A stretch of 64,000 nucleotides of DNA from an uncultured SAR86 cluster bacterium (GCA_902547295.1 CACCNJ010000001.1:18459-82458); one strand, 5' to 3'; shown: positions 18,177-29,538, counted from the stretch's first letter. Numbers and translations are program-made. The notes: generated from the letters alone by a model not told the origin.

Positions 18177-18234
18177 TAAAATGTAGATATAAATTTACAT
18201 TAAATGGAGATTATAACTGCATAGCTATAATTTA

Positions 18235-20592
18235 TCAGAAGTTATAACTTAATCTAGTCATTACCTGTCTTGGTGGTATTAGCTCAATACCGGTTGCAGC
18301 AACACCAAAAACATCAGTCATGCTTGAGTTTACTCCATTCTCATCTGTTGCATTTAACAGAAGAAAATCAAGATCCATATTGTTTGGAAAATCTATCCCT
18401 ACAGTCAAATTAAATATTTGATACTCAGGAACAGTATCAACAAATGGGTTATTAGACACACGTTGCATGAACTCTCCTCTTCTAATGAACTGCAAAATAA
18501 CATTTATAGGATTACCAGAAGCAAGTTCTCCTTCATAAGTTAAAGTAGCATCGGCAGTAAATTCAGGTGTTTTAGCTAACATATTTCCTTTAACATCTTC
18601 TCTTAAGTCATATCTTTCTTGTTCTTCTTCTAAGAAATATTGATATGCTAATACATTATCAAGCACTTCATATTCAGATGTAACTTCCGTATCAATAAAT
18701 CCGAGGTTCATATCAAAAGTTATTGAATCACCTAATAGGGCTGTAAACTCGATTTCGACTCCATCCATTTCAGAATTTGGAATATTGGCTACACCACCGC
18801 GGTATGGGTCTGGGTCAGTTGCTTGAAATTGTAAGTTTTCATAATCATATGAAAATACTGCTATATTTGCCCTAGCTTTTCCGTTAAAAAAATCTGATTT
18901 AAGACCAAACTCTAAAGACTCTAGATTTTCAGATTCAAAAGCTCTAAAAACCATTGGTGTAACTACTGGCGATGTAAATCTGAAAGCAGCATCAAGCTCT
19001 TCTCTGGTACTAAAACCATAAGTAAGGTTTGTTCCGCCTGGTTTGGATCCAATTGTATATGAGGCATAACCCATTGTTGATCCATTGAAATCATATTCAA
19101 CAGCAATTTTTCCAGTAGTTTCATCTGAGCTACTTGAAAGGTTATCGCAAACTGTTGTAAAAAAATTTTTAACACAAGATTCAACTTCATCATCTATATA
19201 TCGTAAACCACTGATAAGACGCAACTGATCTGAAAAACTATATGTTGTTTGTGCATATACTGAAAAAGATTCCCTTGTCGGAAAAGTATCTGTTACAAAA
19301 TCAAATTCAAAAAAGAACCATGGATCAGGTCCATTAACATCATAACAATAATTTGGATTAGCAAAAGATTCTCTACAATCATAAATAAGTACACCATTGT
19401 TATCATCAGCACCTATCTCGTCTACATATCCACGAATAATATTCTCTATTTCATGCTCCATGAAAAATGCACCAACTGTCCAGTCAAGCTTTCCATCCAT
19501 TAGAGGCTCATTTGAAATTAGATTAACCTCAAAAGTAGTTGTATCAACCAAAGACGTCTCAGGATTAAATTCTGCTTGAGGATATGTTACACCTGCAAAG
19601 CCAGGTATCGATAACATAAGCTGTCTTCCAAATGAGTGTCTATCGTTATCTCTAACAACCAAAATATCATCTTCCTGAACACTAGCCATCACTTTAAGAT
19701 TAGCAAATCCAAGATCTGATTCATAAGTAAGAGCAAAAACCTTTGAGCTCAACTCTTGTTTAGACATTGTATCTTGATTTAATTCTCTAGGATCAGGCGC
19801 TAGATAATCATCGATGCCCTTCATAGCAGCTCCATTTCTATCAGAGTCAAAGTATTGTGCAAAAAATCTAAGAGAAGAGGTATCACTTAATTCCATCATC
19901 CAATCACTTCTTAAGCTTATGCTATTTGCATCATCTAATTCTTGACCAAGCTGAATATTTTCACTAAATCCATCTCTTTTTACAGAAGAAAAAGAAAATC
20001 TTGTTGCAAGGGTATCAGATATTGGGAAATTAGTTGAGGAACTAACTTTCATAAGACCATAATCACCAGCAGTTACTTGCACTTTCGAGCTTAGAGAATC
20101 TGTTGATGGTTTTTTACTAATAACATTTATTGCTCCACCAGTAGAGTTTTGACCAAATAATGTTCCCTGAGGACCTCTTAAAACTTCAATACGCTCAACA
20201 TCTAAGAAATCTGTTTGGAGAGAAAAAGGTGATGCTATAAAAATGCCATCCATATGATAAGCAACTGACGGAGCAGCAATGGCGTTTTGGTTTGTTTCAT
20301 TACCAACACCTCGAATAGAAATAACTGTTTTATAACCTTCATTCTTTGCAACTGTGACGCCTGGCACAACTGCAGTGAGGTCTACAAACGATGTGATATT
20401 TTTTGTTTCAATTTCGGTGTCAGTAATAGCTGTAACAGCTTGAGAAACATCTTGGAGACTTTCATCTCTTTTTTCAGCTGTAACAATAACTTCTTCAAAA
20501 ACACTTTGTTCGTCTTGTGAATAAGCATTAAAATGAAGGATAAAAATAGTTGCTACTAGTATCTTAGGTAGTTGATTAATTCCGAATTTCAT
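18235..20592 (-). CDS. TonB-dependent outer-membrane receptor
   Basis: Signal peptide, plug-domain motifs (EEVIVTA, IEVLRGPQGTLFGQNSTGGAINVISKKP) and a C-terminal aromatic residue (...LSYNF). Confidence 0.9.
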   Translation of the reverse strand: MKFGINQLPKILVATIFILHFNAYSQDEQSVFEEVIVTAEKRDESLQDVSQAVTAITDTEIETKNITSFVDLTAVVPGVTVAKNEGYKTVISIRGVGNETNQNAIAAPSVAYHMDGIFIASPFSLQTDFLDVERIEVLRGPQGTLFGQNSTGGAINVISKKPSTDSLSSKVQVTAGDYGLMKVSSSTNFPISDTLATRFSFSSVKRDGFSENIQLGQELDDANSISLRSDWMMELSDTSSLRFFAQYFDSDRNGAAMKGIDDYLAPDPRELNQDTMSKQELSSKVFALTYESDLGFANLKVMASVQEDDILVVRDNDRHSFGRQLMLSIPGFAGVTYPQAEFNPETSLVDTTTFEVNLISNEPLMDGKLDWTVGAFFMEHEIENIIRGYVDEIGADDNNGVLIYDCRESFANPNYCYDVNGPDPWFFFEFDFVTDTFPTRESFSVYAQTTYSFSDQLRLISGLRYIDDEVESCVKNFFTTVCDNLSSSSDETTGKIAVEYDFNGSTMGYASYTIGSKPGGTNLTYGFSTREELDAAFRFTSPVVTPMVFRAFESENLESLEFGLKSDFFNGKARANIAVFSYDYENLQFQATDPDPYRGGVANIPNSEMDGVEIEFTALLGDSITFDMNLGFIDTEVTSEYEVLDNVLAYQYFLEEEQERYDLREDVKGNMLAKTPEFTADATLTYEGELASGNPINVILQFIRRGEFMQRVSNNPFVDTVPEYQIFNLTVGIDFPNNMDLDFLLLNATDENGVNSSMTDVFGVAATGIELIPPRQVMTRLSYNF

Positions 20593-20748
20593 AAGTGATC
20601 CCTTTTTTCATTTGTATAATATTTACATGCAATATGTATGCCAAAAAATCATCTCTAAAAAAGAAAATATAATTACAATAAATGACTATTTAACTTTCAA
20701 TTAATTGTATACTTTTAATTCTAATAAAATTTTTAAATTTAAAAATTT

Positions 20749-22047
20749 ATGAAACAAACTTTAGATCAGATTTTTAAACTTCAAGATAATCATACCACCA
20801 TTAAAAAAGAATTTTTAGCTGGATTTACAACATTTATTACTATGGCATACATAATATTTGTGAATCCACAAATAATGGCATTAAGTGGTATGGATCAAGG
20901 AGCAATTTTCGTTGGAACATGTCTTGCCGCAGCAATAGCATGTTTTGTGATGGGTTTTTTGGCTAATTGGCCAATAGGATTAGCTCCGGGCATGGGGCTT
21001 AACGCTTTTTTTACATATACAGTAGTTGGAGAAATGGGTTACTCATGGGAAGTAGCATTGGGTGCTGTATTTTTAGCAGGTGTGTTATTTTTTATCATGA
21101 GTATCACAAAGTTAAGAGCTTGGATGATATCAAGCATTCCTCTAAATCTAAGAATTGCCATGGGTGCTGGAGTGGGTTTATTTATTGGACTAATTGGCTT
21201 AAAAAATGGTGGAATAATTGTGGGTAATCAAGCTACCCTTTTATCGCTTGGTGAATTTTCCCAAATCGAGACACTTCTTGCTGCGATAGGATTTCTAATT
21301 ATTTCAATTTTATCTGTTAGAAAAGTAACAGGAGCAATCATAATTGGTATTTTAACAACAACTTTAATTGCATATTTTGTAGGCTTAATAGAATTTAATG
21401 GGCTAGTGTCATATCCACCTGAAATAGCACCAACATTTATGAAACTAGACATTCTAGGAGCATTAAATCTTGGAATGTTGGCTATAATTATGTCATTTTT
21501 ATTTGTTAACTTATTTGATACAACCGGAACACTCCTTGGTGTAGCTACAAGAGCAAACTTAATTAGAAATGATGAAAAATCTGATGGACTTAATAAGGCT
21601 CTTAAAGCTGATAGTAGTGCAAGTATATTTGGAACATTTTTTGGCTGTTCTCCTGTCACAAGTTATGTCGAAAGCTCAGCTGGTGTTGAAGCGGGAGGCA
21701 GAACTGGACTTACTTCTATAGTTGTTGGTCTATTATTTTTATTTGCTATATTCTTATCTCCTCTTGCTTCTATAATTCCACCATATGCTACTGCAGGAGC
21801 TCTTATATATGTAGCGATTTTGATGCTGAGCGGTATGGAAAAATTGAATTGGTCTTCAACCGCTGAACTTTTACCTGCACTTGTTATCATAGTAATGATT
21901 CCATTAACATTTTCAATTGCAGATGGAATCGCTTTAGGTTTTTTGACCTATGTTTTTTTGAAAATATTTAATGGCGAATATAGAGATATTGCCTCAGGTG
22001 CCTGGTTCTTAACCTTAATTTTTATTTCAAAATTTATATTCTTATAA
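20749..22047 (+). CDS. NCS2/AzgA-family purine (adenine/guanine/hypoxanthine) permease
   Basis: The N-terminal TTIKKEFLAGFTTFITMAYIIFVNPQIM is characteristic of AzgA/PurP/GhxP-type permeases. The 432-aa protein has many TM segments. Confidence 0.85.
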   Translation: MKQTLDQIFKLQDNHTTIKKEFLAGFTTFITMAYIIFVNPQIMALSGMDQGAIFVGTCLAAAIACFVMGFLANWPIGLAPGMGLNAFFTYTVVGEMGYSWEVALGAVFLAGVLFFIMSITKLRAWMISSIPLNLRIAMGAGVGLFIGLIGLKNGGIIVGNQATLLSLGEFSQIETLLAAIGFLIISILSVRKVTGAIIIGILTTTLIAYFVGLIEFNGLVSYPPEIAPTFMKLDILGALNLGMLAIIMSFLFVNLFDTTGTLLGVATRANLIRNDEKSDGLNKALKADSSASIFGTFFGCSPVTSYVESSAGVEAGGRTGLTSIVVGLLFLFAIFLSPLASIIPPYATAGALIYVAILMLSGMEKLNWSSTAELLPALVIIVMIPLTFSIADGIALGFLTYVFLKIFNGEYRDIASGAWFLTLIFISKFIFL

Positions 22048-22269
22048 AACCAAACCTAATATATAAATAATTGTTAAGCCAGCATTTAGCACTATAAGTG
22101 ACATTTCTCTCCATAAATATCCAACAACCACCCATAAAGAGTTAGCAATTATGAATGCCCAATGGTGGTATTCTTGGGCAGGAACAAAGCTTGCTAGTAA
22201 TGCAGCAAGAATTAATATTGATGTTGCAATCCATGCTAAAAATTGAAATGGCTTTTCGTTTTGCTCCAT
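22042..22269 (-). CDS. Small three-TM membrane protein, unknown function
   Basis: 75 aa, strongly hydrophobic, good codon continuity. It overlaps the permease stop convergently by 6 nt. Confidence 0.4.
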   Translation of the reverse strand: MEQNEKPFQFLAWIATSILILAALLASFVPAQEYHHWAFIIANSLWVVVGYLWREMSLIVLNAGLTIIYILGLVL

Positions 22270-22274
22270 TTTTT

Positions 22275-22631
22275 TTAAGACTGCTGAAGATTTTCAAAAA
22301 GTGCATCTGTTTTAGATGCACAAATAAAGTCATTCTTATGAAGACCTTTAATTTTGTGTGACCACCATGTAACAGTCACATTTCCCCATTCAAGTATTAT
22401 CTCTGGATGATGGTCTTCTTTCTCAGCAAGGTCAGCAACTTTATTCAAAAAATTACGAGAATCATGATAGTTTAAAAAAACAAATGAACATATAATTTTT
22501 TTTATGTCATCATCTTCAAAAACTCTCCAAGATGGTATTTGAGATAATAATTCTTGAATTTCTTTGTCTTCTAAAACAGGAGCATCTGCTCTACAAGCCT
22601 CACAACTACTAGTCGCTAAGTCTTTAGTCAA
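22275..22631 (-). CDS. phhB: Pterin-4-alpha-carbinolamine dehydratase
   Basis: The EDHHPEIILEWGNVTVTWWSH block is the PCD/DCoH signature. Confidence 0.85.
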   Translation of the reverse strand: MTKDLATSSCEACRADAPVLEDKEIQELLSQIPSWRVFEDDDIKKIICSFVFLNYHDSRNFLNKVADLAEKEDHHPEIILEWGNVTVTWWSHKIKGLHKNDFICASKTDALFENLQQS

Positions 22632-22632
22632 T

Positions 22633-24024
22633 TTATATTCCGCCCTTAGCTAACTTTGATGGATCGAGTAACTTAGCGAGTTTTGCTTTTGGTATGTCAG
22701 TCTCCTCAGCAGCAACATCAATTATTTGTCTGTTTTCTTTATAAGCTTTTTTAGCAATAAATGCAGCCTTTTCATATCCAATTATTGGATTTAATGCAGT
22801 TACAAGAATGGGATTTTTTGATAATGATACTTCCAGATTTTTCTTGTTAACTTTAAAGCTGCTAATAGCATTTTTTGATAGAACATTCATTGCGCCTGAT
22901 AAAAGATTAATACTTTTAAGAAGGTTGTAAGCTACAACTGGTAACATAACATTAAGTTGAAAATTGCCAGATTGAGCAGCAACTGTTATTGATACATCAT
23001 TCCCAATAACATCAGCTGATGCCATTGCAACTGCTTCAGGAATAACTGGGTTAACTTTACCAGGCATGATACTACTCCCGGGTTGAAGAGCTTTTAACTC
23101 AATCTCAGAAAGTCCTGCTAACGGACCACTATTCATCCATCTAAGATCATTTGATATTTTCATAAGAATTAAGGCTAGATTTTTAAGTTCTCCAGATAAC
23201 TGAACGGAACAATCTTGTGCACTCAATTCATGATAAAAGTTTTTGCTAGGAACACATTTATTGCCCTTTCCCAAAAGTTTTGTCATTTCCTGAGCAAAAT
23301 ATTTCGAGAAATTTTTGTGAGCATTAATCCCGCTCCCAACAGCTGTTCCACCTTGTGGTACCTGAAGTAGTTTTTTTTCAATAATTAACAGCATTTCTTT
23401 TGAGGACTTTAGTTGACTTGACCAAGCGTAAAGTTCTTCTGCAAAATCAACAGGCATGGCATCCATGAGATGGGTTCGACCAGTTTTAATAGTACCTCTC
23501 AATGAAATAGCTTTTTTTTCAATAGTGATTATTAATTTATCTAATGCGGGATAAAGTTTTTTTGTTAAATCCATGTGTGAGCTTATCTTGATGGCTGTTG
23601 GTATAACATCATTGCTACTTTGACTCATATTGACGTCATCATTTGCATTGACATCAAGCTTGGCATATTTACTTGCTAAATTTGCAATAACTTCGTTTGC
23701 ATTCATGTTAGAACTAGTTCCAGAACCAGTTTGAAATACATCAATTGGAAATTCGTGATGATGTTTTTCTTGCCACACTTCCTTTGCTGCTCTGGATATA
23801 GCCTTGGATTTCTTTGAAGATATTAACTTTAATCTCAGATTTGCCCTTGCCGCTGCATCCTTTATTAAACCTAATGATGAGACAAATGACTTTGTAAATG
23901 GAAAATCCATCTTTATTCCACTTATTGGAAAATTATTAACAGCTCTTTGTGTTTGAGCGCCCCATAGAGCCTTTGATGGAACTTTAACTTCACCTAAGCT
24001 ATCTTTTTCTATTCTATATTTCAT
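22633..24024 (-). CDS. fumC: Fumarate hydratase, class II
   Basis: N-terminal EKDSLGEVKVPSKALWGAQTQRAV and the signature GSSIMPGKVNP. The WGAQTQR motif favours FumC over AspA. Confidence 0.9.
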   Translation of the reverse strand: MKYRIEKDSLGEVKVPSKALWGAQTQRAVNNFPISGIKMDFPFTKSFVSSLGLIKDAAARANLRLKLISSKKSKAISRAAKEVWQEKHHHEFPIDVFQTGSGTSSNMNANEVIANLASKYAKLDVNANDDVNMSQSSNDVIPTAIKISSHMDLTKKLYPALDKLIITIEKKAISLRGTIKTGRTHLMDAMPVDFAEELYAWSSQLKSSKEMLLIIEKKLLQVPQGGTAVGSGINAHKNFSKYFAQEMTKLLGKGNKCVPSKNFYHELSAQDCSVQLSGELKNLALILMKISNDLRWMNSGPLAGLSEIELKALQPGSSIMPGKVNPVIPEAVAMASADVIGNDVSITVAAQSGNFQLNVMLPVVAYNLLKSINLLSGAMNVLSKNAISSFKVNKKNLEVSLSKNPILVTALNPIIGYEKAAFIAKKAYKENRQIIDVAAEETDIPKAKLAKLLDPSKLAKGGI

Positions 24025-24083
24025 ATTTATTAGTATATTTGATAAGCTATTTTAACATTATAGAGCTATGGAGAATAAAAACT

Positions 24084-24893
24084 ATGTCAAATGTTACACC
24101 TATTAAAATAGATACTACTGATGGAAGGTTGCCTCTCAAAGAAAAAGGCCTAGTTTTTCAAGAGTTTGCAAATCCTGCTGAAGAAAGACGTAACCAACTT
24201 GAAAAACTTGCTGCAGGATTCAGGTTATTTGATTATTTTGGTTTTAATGAGGGTGTTGCTGGACACATAACTTATAGAGATCCTGAATTTAAAGATCATT
24301 TTTGGGTAAATCCACTTGGTGTTCATTTTTCTCAAATATCTGTATCAGATCTTTTACTAGTTAATCATGATGGTAAAGTAGTTCAAGGTGATAAAGATGT
24401 TAATGTTGCTGCATTTGCTATTCACTCAAGGCTTCATAAAGCAAGACCTGACGTCAATGCTGCTGCTCATTCTCACTCAATATATGGAAGAACTTTCTCA
24501 ACGTTAGGAAAATTGCTTGATCCAATATCTCAAGATGCATGTGCATTTTACGAAAATCAAGGCATATATAAGGATTTTTCAGGGGTTGTTGAAGAAGTGG
24601 ATGAAGGAGACGAAATAGCAAAAGCTCTTGGAGATAAAAAAGTAGCTATATTACAAAATCACGGCATTTTAACTACGGGACCATCAGTTGACATTGCACT
24701 ATGGTTTTACATGTCTATGGAAAGATGTTGTCAAGCACAGTTGATGGCTGAAGCTGCAGGAGAACCAATTTCAGTATCACATGAGACGGCAGTCAAAACT
24801 AGGGAATTCATCGCTAACGATATAGCTGCTTGGGCAAGTTATCAACCTGCATTTGATAAAATAGTTAAAATGCAGCCTGATTTATTGGATTAG
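24084..24893 (+). CDS. Class II aldolase/adducin-domain protein
   Basis: GVAGHITYRD and the AAHSHSIYGRTFS metal-binding His cluster. I placed the start at ATG 24084 (GGAG upstream) rather than the track position 24039. Confidence 0.75.
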   Translation: MSNVTPIKIDTTDGRLPLKEKGLVFQEFANPAEERRNQLEKLAAGFRLFDYFGFNEGVAGHITYRDPEFKDHFWVNPLGVHFSQISVSDLLLVNHDGKVVQGDKDVNVAAFAIHSRLHKARPDVNAAAHSHSIYGRTFSTLGKLLDPISQDACAFYENQGIYKDFSGVVEEVDEGDEIAKALGDKKVAILQNHGILTTGPSVDIALWFYMSMERCCQAQLMAEAAGEPISVSHETAVKTREFIANDIAAWASYQPAFDKIVKMQPDLLD

Positions 24894-24894
24894 T

Positions 24895-26307
24895 CTATAT
24901 AATTGCTTTAGTTTCTAGACATTCTTCTAGACCATGAAGACCATGCTCTCTTCCATTTCCTGAAGCTTTATATCCTCCAAAAGGAGCTCCAGTTCCTCTT
25001 GCGCCTCCATTAATTATTACTTGTCCAGCTCTTATTTTTCGAGCAACTTCTCTGGCATGATCGGGATCACCTTGAACATAACCTGCAAGACCATATTCAG
25101 TATCATTAGCAATATTGATAGCCTCTTCTTCATTATTATATTTAATCATTACAAGAACAGGGCCAAATATCTCTTCTTTAGCTATCGTCATATCATTTGT
25201 CACATTTGCAAAAACTGTGGGTCTAACGTAGTAACCTTTTTCACATCCATCTGGTTTTTCAACTCCTCCTGCGACTAATGTTGCGCCCTCTTCAATACCT
25301 ATTTCTATCAATTTAATAATTTTTTCGTATTGAACTTTATTTGCAATTGGTCCTAATCTATATTCACCATTTGGGTCTCCAATAGTAGTACTGTTTGCAG
25401 TTGCTGCAGCAATTTCTACAGCCTTATCGTAATTCTTTGAGGAAACAAGCATTTTTGTTGGAGCGTTACATGATTGTCCTGAATTTAAAAAACAATGTCC
25501 TGCACCGCCTTTTACAGATTTTTCTAGATCAGGCACATCATCAAGAATTATGTTTGAAGATTTTCCGCCAAGTTCTTGATGAACACGTTTTACCGAACTT
25601 GCAGATGCTTGTGCTACAGCAATTCCAGCTCTAGTTGAACCAGTAAATGACATCATAGCTACATCTGGATGCTCTGATAATGCTGCTCCAACAGTAGGTC
25701 CATATCCATTGACTACGTTAAATACTCCATTAGGTACACCCGCTTTATCGAATACTTCTGCTAGAAGCATTGCGCAATAAGGAGATATTTCACTAGGTTT
25801 AAGGACCATAGTGCAACCTGCTGCCAATGCCGCAGAAACTTTTGTTGTAATCTGGTTCATTGGCCAATTCCATGGAGTTATCATGCCAATTACTCCAATA
25901 GGTTCTTTTATTAAAGTATAGTCTCCTTCTGGTCTTTCAAATTCATAACTCTCTAATGCATCCAAAGTTTCTTGGATATTTTTAATTCCAGTCTTAGCTT
26001 GCGCTGCTTCTGACAGCCAGATTGGTGATCCCATTTCTTTAGAAATAGTTTGAACAAAATCATTATATCTAGCTTCATACTCTGTAATTATGTTTTTGAG
26101 TAATTCAATTCTTTGAGCCTTTGTTGTTTGTTGAAAAGATGAAAAAGCAACCAATGCAGCACTAACAGCTTTATCAATATCCTCTTTAGTACCAGCAGCA
26201 ACTTGTCCAATTACTTCTTCATTTGCAGGATTTATCACATCAATTGTTTCGTTTGATTCTGATTTTACCCACTCACCATTTATGTAAAAGTTTAAATCAT
26301 TACTCAT
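24895..26307 (-). CDS. NAD(P)-dependent aldehyde dehydrogenase
   Basis: ITPWNWP, FTGSTRAGIAV, ELGGKSSNII, catalytic Cys context (FLNSGQSCNAP) and EEIFGPV. Confidence 0.9.
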   Translation of the reverse strand: MSNDLNFYINGEWVKSESNETIDVINPANEEVIGQVAAGTKEDIDKAVSAALVAFSSFQQTTKAQRIELLKNIITEYEARYNDFVQTISKEMGSPIWLSEAAQAKTGIKNIQETLDALESYEFERPEGDYTLIKEPIGVIGMITPWNWPMNQITTKVSAALAAGCTMVLKPSEISPYCAMLLAEVFDKAGVPNGVFNVVNGYGPTVGAALSEHPDVAMMSFTGSTRAGIAVAQASASSVKRVHQELGGKSSNIILDDVPDLEKSVKGGAGHCFLNSGQSCNAPTKMLVSSKNYDKAVEIAAATANSTTIGDPNGEYRLGPIANKVQYEKIIKLIEIGIEEGATLVAGGVEKPDGCEKGYYVRPTVFANVTNDMTIAKEEIFGPVLVMIKYNNEEEAINIANDTEYGLAGYVQGDPDHAREVARKIRAGQVIINGGARGTGAPFGGYKASGNGREHGLHGLEECLETKAII

Positions 26308-26372
26308 TATTAGTTCTCCAAGAAATATATAACCTAAATTATAACTAAATACTATTTAATGAACTATTTTTA

Positions 26373-28052
26373 TCAAAATAATCCAGCAATTTTATTATTT
26401 TCGTCAAGTCCAATAGCTTCTGCTGCTGGAACTCTTGGAAGGCCAGGCATCGTCATAATTTCACCACATACTACTACTACAAATTCTGCACCAGCTGATA
26501 GTCTTACTTCTCTTATTGGAACTTCATGACCAGTTGGAGCTCCCATTAGCAATGGATCGGTAGAAAAACTGTATTGTGTTTTTGCCATACAAACAGGATA
26601 AGAACCAAAGCCATCATCTTCTAACGTCTTAAACTGATTTCTAACTCTTTTGTCAGCGATAATGTCTTGAGCTCCATAAATGTTTTGAGCAATATATTTA
26701 GTCTTATCCCACAAGGACATAGCATCCTCATATAAGGTATTAAACTCAGACATATTTGAATCAGCTACTTTAGCAACTTCCACAGCAAGTTCTGATGCTC
26801 CCTGGCCACCTTTTTCCCAATGTGAAGAAATTTTGCATTGAACACCAAGATTCTTACAGAAATTTATTATTGCAATATGTTCTTTTTCAGTATCAGAAAC
26901 ATAATTATTAATAGCGACAACAACTGGAACTCCAAATTTATTTATATTTTCAACGTGTTTTTCTAAATTTTTACAACCTAATGTAACTGCATCGACATTT
27001 TCTGTTCCTAAATCTTCTTTCTTCACACCACCATGCATTTTAAGTGCTTTTGTTGTTGCAACTAGAACAACTGCATCAGGTTTAAGGCCTGATTTTCTAC
27101 ATTTAATATCAAAAAATTTTTCTGCGCCTAAGTCTGCACCAAATCCAGCTTCAGTAACTACATAATCTGCAAGTTTTAATGCTGTTTTTGTTGAAACAAC
27201 TGAATTACAACCATGAGCTATGTTTGCAAATGGACCACCATGCATAAAAGCAGGATTATTTTCTAAAGTTTGTACTAAATTTGGTTGAAAAGCGTCTTTA
27301 AGCAATGCCGTGATGGCACCATCTGCTTTAAGTTGACTAGCTCTAACTGGTTCATTTGATTTTGTGTAGCCTATAACAATATTACCAATTCTTTTTTGAA
27401 GATCCTCAATATCAGAGGCCAAGCAAAAAACTGCCATAATTTCTGATGCTACTGTAATGTCAAATCCACTTTGTCTTGGTATGCCATTACCTGTTCCACC
27501 AAGACCACATGTAATATCTCTTAAAGACCTATCATTCATATCAACAACACGTTTCCAGGTTATTCTTCTAGGGTCAATATTTAGTTCATTATCCCAATGA
27601 ATATGATTATCGATCAGTGCAGATAAAAGATTATGAGCTGCCCCTATTGCATGAAAATCTCCTGTGAAGTGAAGGTTGATATCAGTCATAGGAATAACTT
27701 GAGCATATCCACCCCCGGCTGCACCTCCCTTCATGCCAAAACACGGTCCTAAGCTTGGTTCTCTCAAACAAATCATTGCTTTTTTACCAATGTGACATAA
27801 TCCATCAACTAGTCCAACACTTGTAGTAGTTTTTCCTTCTCCTGCTGGAGTTGGAGATATTGCTGTAACCAAAATTAACTTTCCATTTTCATTTTTTGAA
27901 ACAGAATCTATAAAATCAGAATTTAATTTAGCTTTATCATCACCAAACTTAATTAAATTTTTTTCATTAATATCTAGTACTGAAGCTATTTCATCAATTG
28001 GTTTTTTGTTTGCAGCATTAGCTATCTCTAAATCACTTGGATAAGCAGTCAT
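26373..28052 (-). CDS. fhs: Formate--tetrahydrofolate ligase
   Basis: [19 protein letters not shown]-loop, [19 protein letters not shown]. The 559-aa length is typical of Fhs. Confidence 0.95.
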   Translation of the reverse strand: MTAYPSDLEIANAANKKPIDEIASVLDINEKNLIKFGDDKAKLNSDFIDSVSKNENGKLILVTAISPTPAGEGKTTTSVGLVDGLCHIGKKAMICLREPSLGPCFGMKGGAAGGGYAQVIPMTDINLHFTGDFHAIGAAHNLLSALIDNHIHWDNELNIDPRRITWKRVVDMNDRSLRDITCGLGGTGNGIPRQSGFDITVASEIMAVFCLASDIEDLQKRIGNIVIGYTKSNEPVRASQLKADGAITALLKDAFQPNLVQTLENNPAFMHGGPFANIAHGCNSVVSTKTALKLADYVVTEAGFGADLGAEKFFDIKCRKSGLKPDAVVLVATTKALKMHGGVKKEDLGTENVDAVTLGCKNLEKHVENINKFGVPVVVAINNYVSDTEKEHIAIINFCKNLGVQCKISSHWEKGGQGASELAVEVAKVADSNMSEFNTLYEDAMSLWDKTKYIAQNIYGAQDIIADKRVRNQFKTLEDDGFGSYPVCMAKTQYSFSTDPLLMGAPTGHEVPIREVRLSAGAEFVVVVCGEIMTMPGLPRVPAAEAIGLDENNKIAGLF

Positions 28053-28122
28053 AATTCCTCCGTTAACCCTAAAATTAACAATCAGTATACATAAGAGATT
28101 TTGCGATAACTACAAAATTTTT

Positions 28123-29538
28123 TTAATTTTTTGCTGCACTGAATGCATCAATCGCCCTCAGTCTTGATTCCTTTAGATCTAATATTTGTTTAGGATAATT
28201 TAGTTGACCTCTAATCTTTTCAGATGGGTCATGAATTTCTTTTTTATCTAAATCTTTTAACTCTTTAATATACTTTTTAATGAATAGTCCATCTGCATCA
28301 AAATTATTTGATTGAGTTATTGGGTTAAAAATTCTAAAGTAAGGTGCCGCATCTGTACCAGTGGAGCTGCTCCATTGCCAACCACCATTATTTGAAGAAA
28401 AATCTCCATCTAGAAGATTTTCCATAAAAAAAGCCTCTCCCAATCTCCAATCATGTAACATATTTTTTGTAAAAAACATTGCAACCACCATTCTTAATCT
28501 ATTATGCATCCATCCCTCAGCAGTAAGTTGCCTCATCGCAGAATCTATTATTGGAAATCCAGTTCTGCCGGTCTTCCATGCCTCAAATTCATTTTTATCA
28601 AACCTCCATTTAATATTTTTTGTATAGTCTTGAAATGGCATTCCTTTACTAACCTTTGGAAAACTATGCATGATATTTTTATAAAATTCTCTCCAAATAA
28701 TTTCATCTATCCACTTTACTATCCCGGTTTCTCCAGAGTCTAGTTCAAAATTATTTTTCTTAAGGGCCTCCAATATGCATCTTTTTGATGAAATTATCCC
28801 AGATGCTAAATAAGGTGATATTCTGCTTGTTCCATCGATAATTGGATCATTTCTATCTTTAGAATATCTTAAAACTTTATGATCTAAATAATCATCTAAA
28901 ATTGACATTGCATTTTCTTCTCCTACACTCCATAAAGACATATCAACCAAATGAGTTTTTTTAAAATCAAAATTAAATTCATTTACATTCGAACTAATCC
29001 CAGTGTCATTTTTAGCAGTATAGTTAAACTCTATATCCAATAAGTCTAAGTTGAAGTTCTCGATCCACCTTCTTTTAAATGGGGTGAAGACTGAATAAGG
29101 TTTGTCTTCTTTTGTCTTAATCGTTCCTGGAGAATATACAACCTGATCATCAAAAGTTTCATGTTCTATACCATTGTCACTAAGAGTTTTTTGAACTTCT
29201 TCATCACGTTTGCTCTCATCAGTACCAAACATGTTATTCCAATACACTTTTGATATTGATTTTTCATTAACGAAATCTAGTATCTTTGATGGATTATCTC
29301 CAAATCCCTCTGAATCAATGATGGTAAGAGGAATATTAATTTTTTCTAGGGAACTAGACAAATTTTTTAGGTTACTAATAATAAATTCGATCTTGCAGTT
29401 GGCTTCGTTATGAACTTTAATTTGTTCTTTTGAGAAAATATAAATGCAGTAAATCTCATCAGAAGCAATGCATGCATTTCTTAAAGCTGGATTATCATCC
29501 ATTCGTAGATCGCTTCTCAGCCAAACTAAACTTTTCAT
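28123..29538 (-). CDS. phrB: Deoxyribodipyrimidine photolyase (CPD class I)
   Basis: The FAD-binding C-terminal block TGFPIIDSAMRQL...GWMHNRLRMVVAMF...GGWQWSSSTGTDAAPYFRIFNP. Confidence 0.9.
   Translation of the reverse strand: MKSLVWLRSDLRMDDNPALRNACIASDEIYCIYIFSKEQIKVHNEANCKIEFIISNLKNLSSSLEKINIPLTIIDSEGFGDNPSKILDFVNEKSISKVYWNNMFGTDESKRDEEVQKTLSDNGIEHETFDDQVVYSPGTIKTKEDKPYSVFTPFKRRWIENFNLDLLDIEFNYTAKNDTGISSNVNEFNFDFKKTHLVDMSLWSVGEENAMSILDDYLDHKVLRYSKDRNDPIIDGTSRISPYLASGIISSKRCILEALKKNNFELDSGETGIVKWIDEIIWREFYKNIMHSFPKVSKGMPFQDYTKNIKWRFDKNEFEAWKTGRTGFPIIDSAMRQLTAEGWMHNRLRMVVAMFFTKNMLHDWRLGEAFFMENLLDGDFSSNNGGWQWSSSTGTDAAPYFRIFNPITQSNNFDADGLFIKKYIKELKDLDKKEIHDPSEKIRGQLNYPKQILDLKESRLRAIDAFSAAKN

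Noticed and set aside
20593..20748. A possible purine riboswitch upstream of the AzgA-type permease.
   Set aside because: The spacer is almost pure A/T. It shows no three-way-junction helices and no conserved purine-riboswitch core that I can recognise. An Infernal scan would be needed to be definitive.
28053..28122. A possible ZTP/THF-type riboswitch upstream of fhs.
   Set aside because: Only about 70 nt are available, and they lack the GC-rich conserved ZTP (pfl) or THF motif segments. The region ends in a plain GGAGGA RBS.
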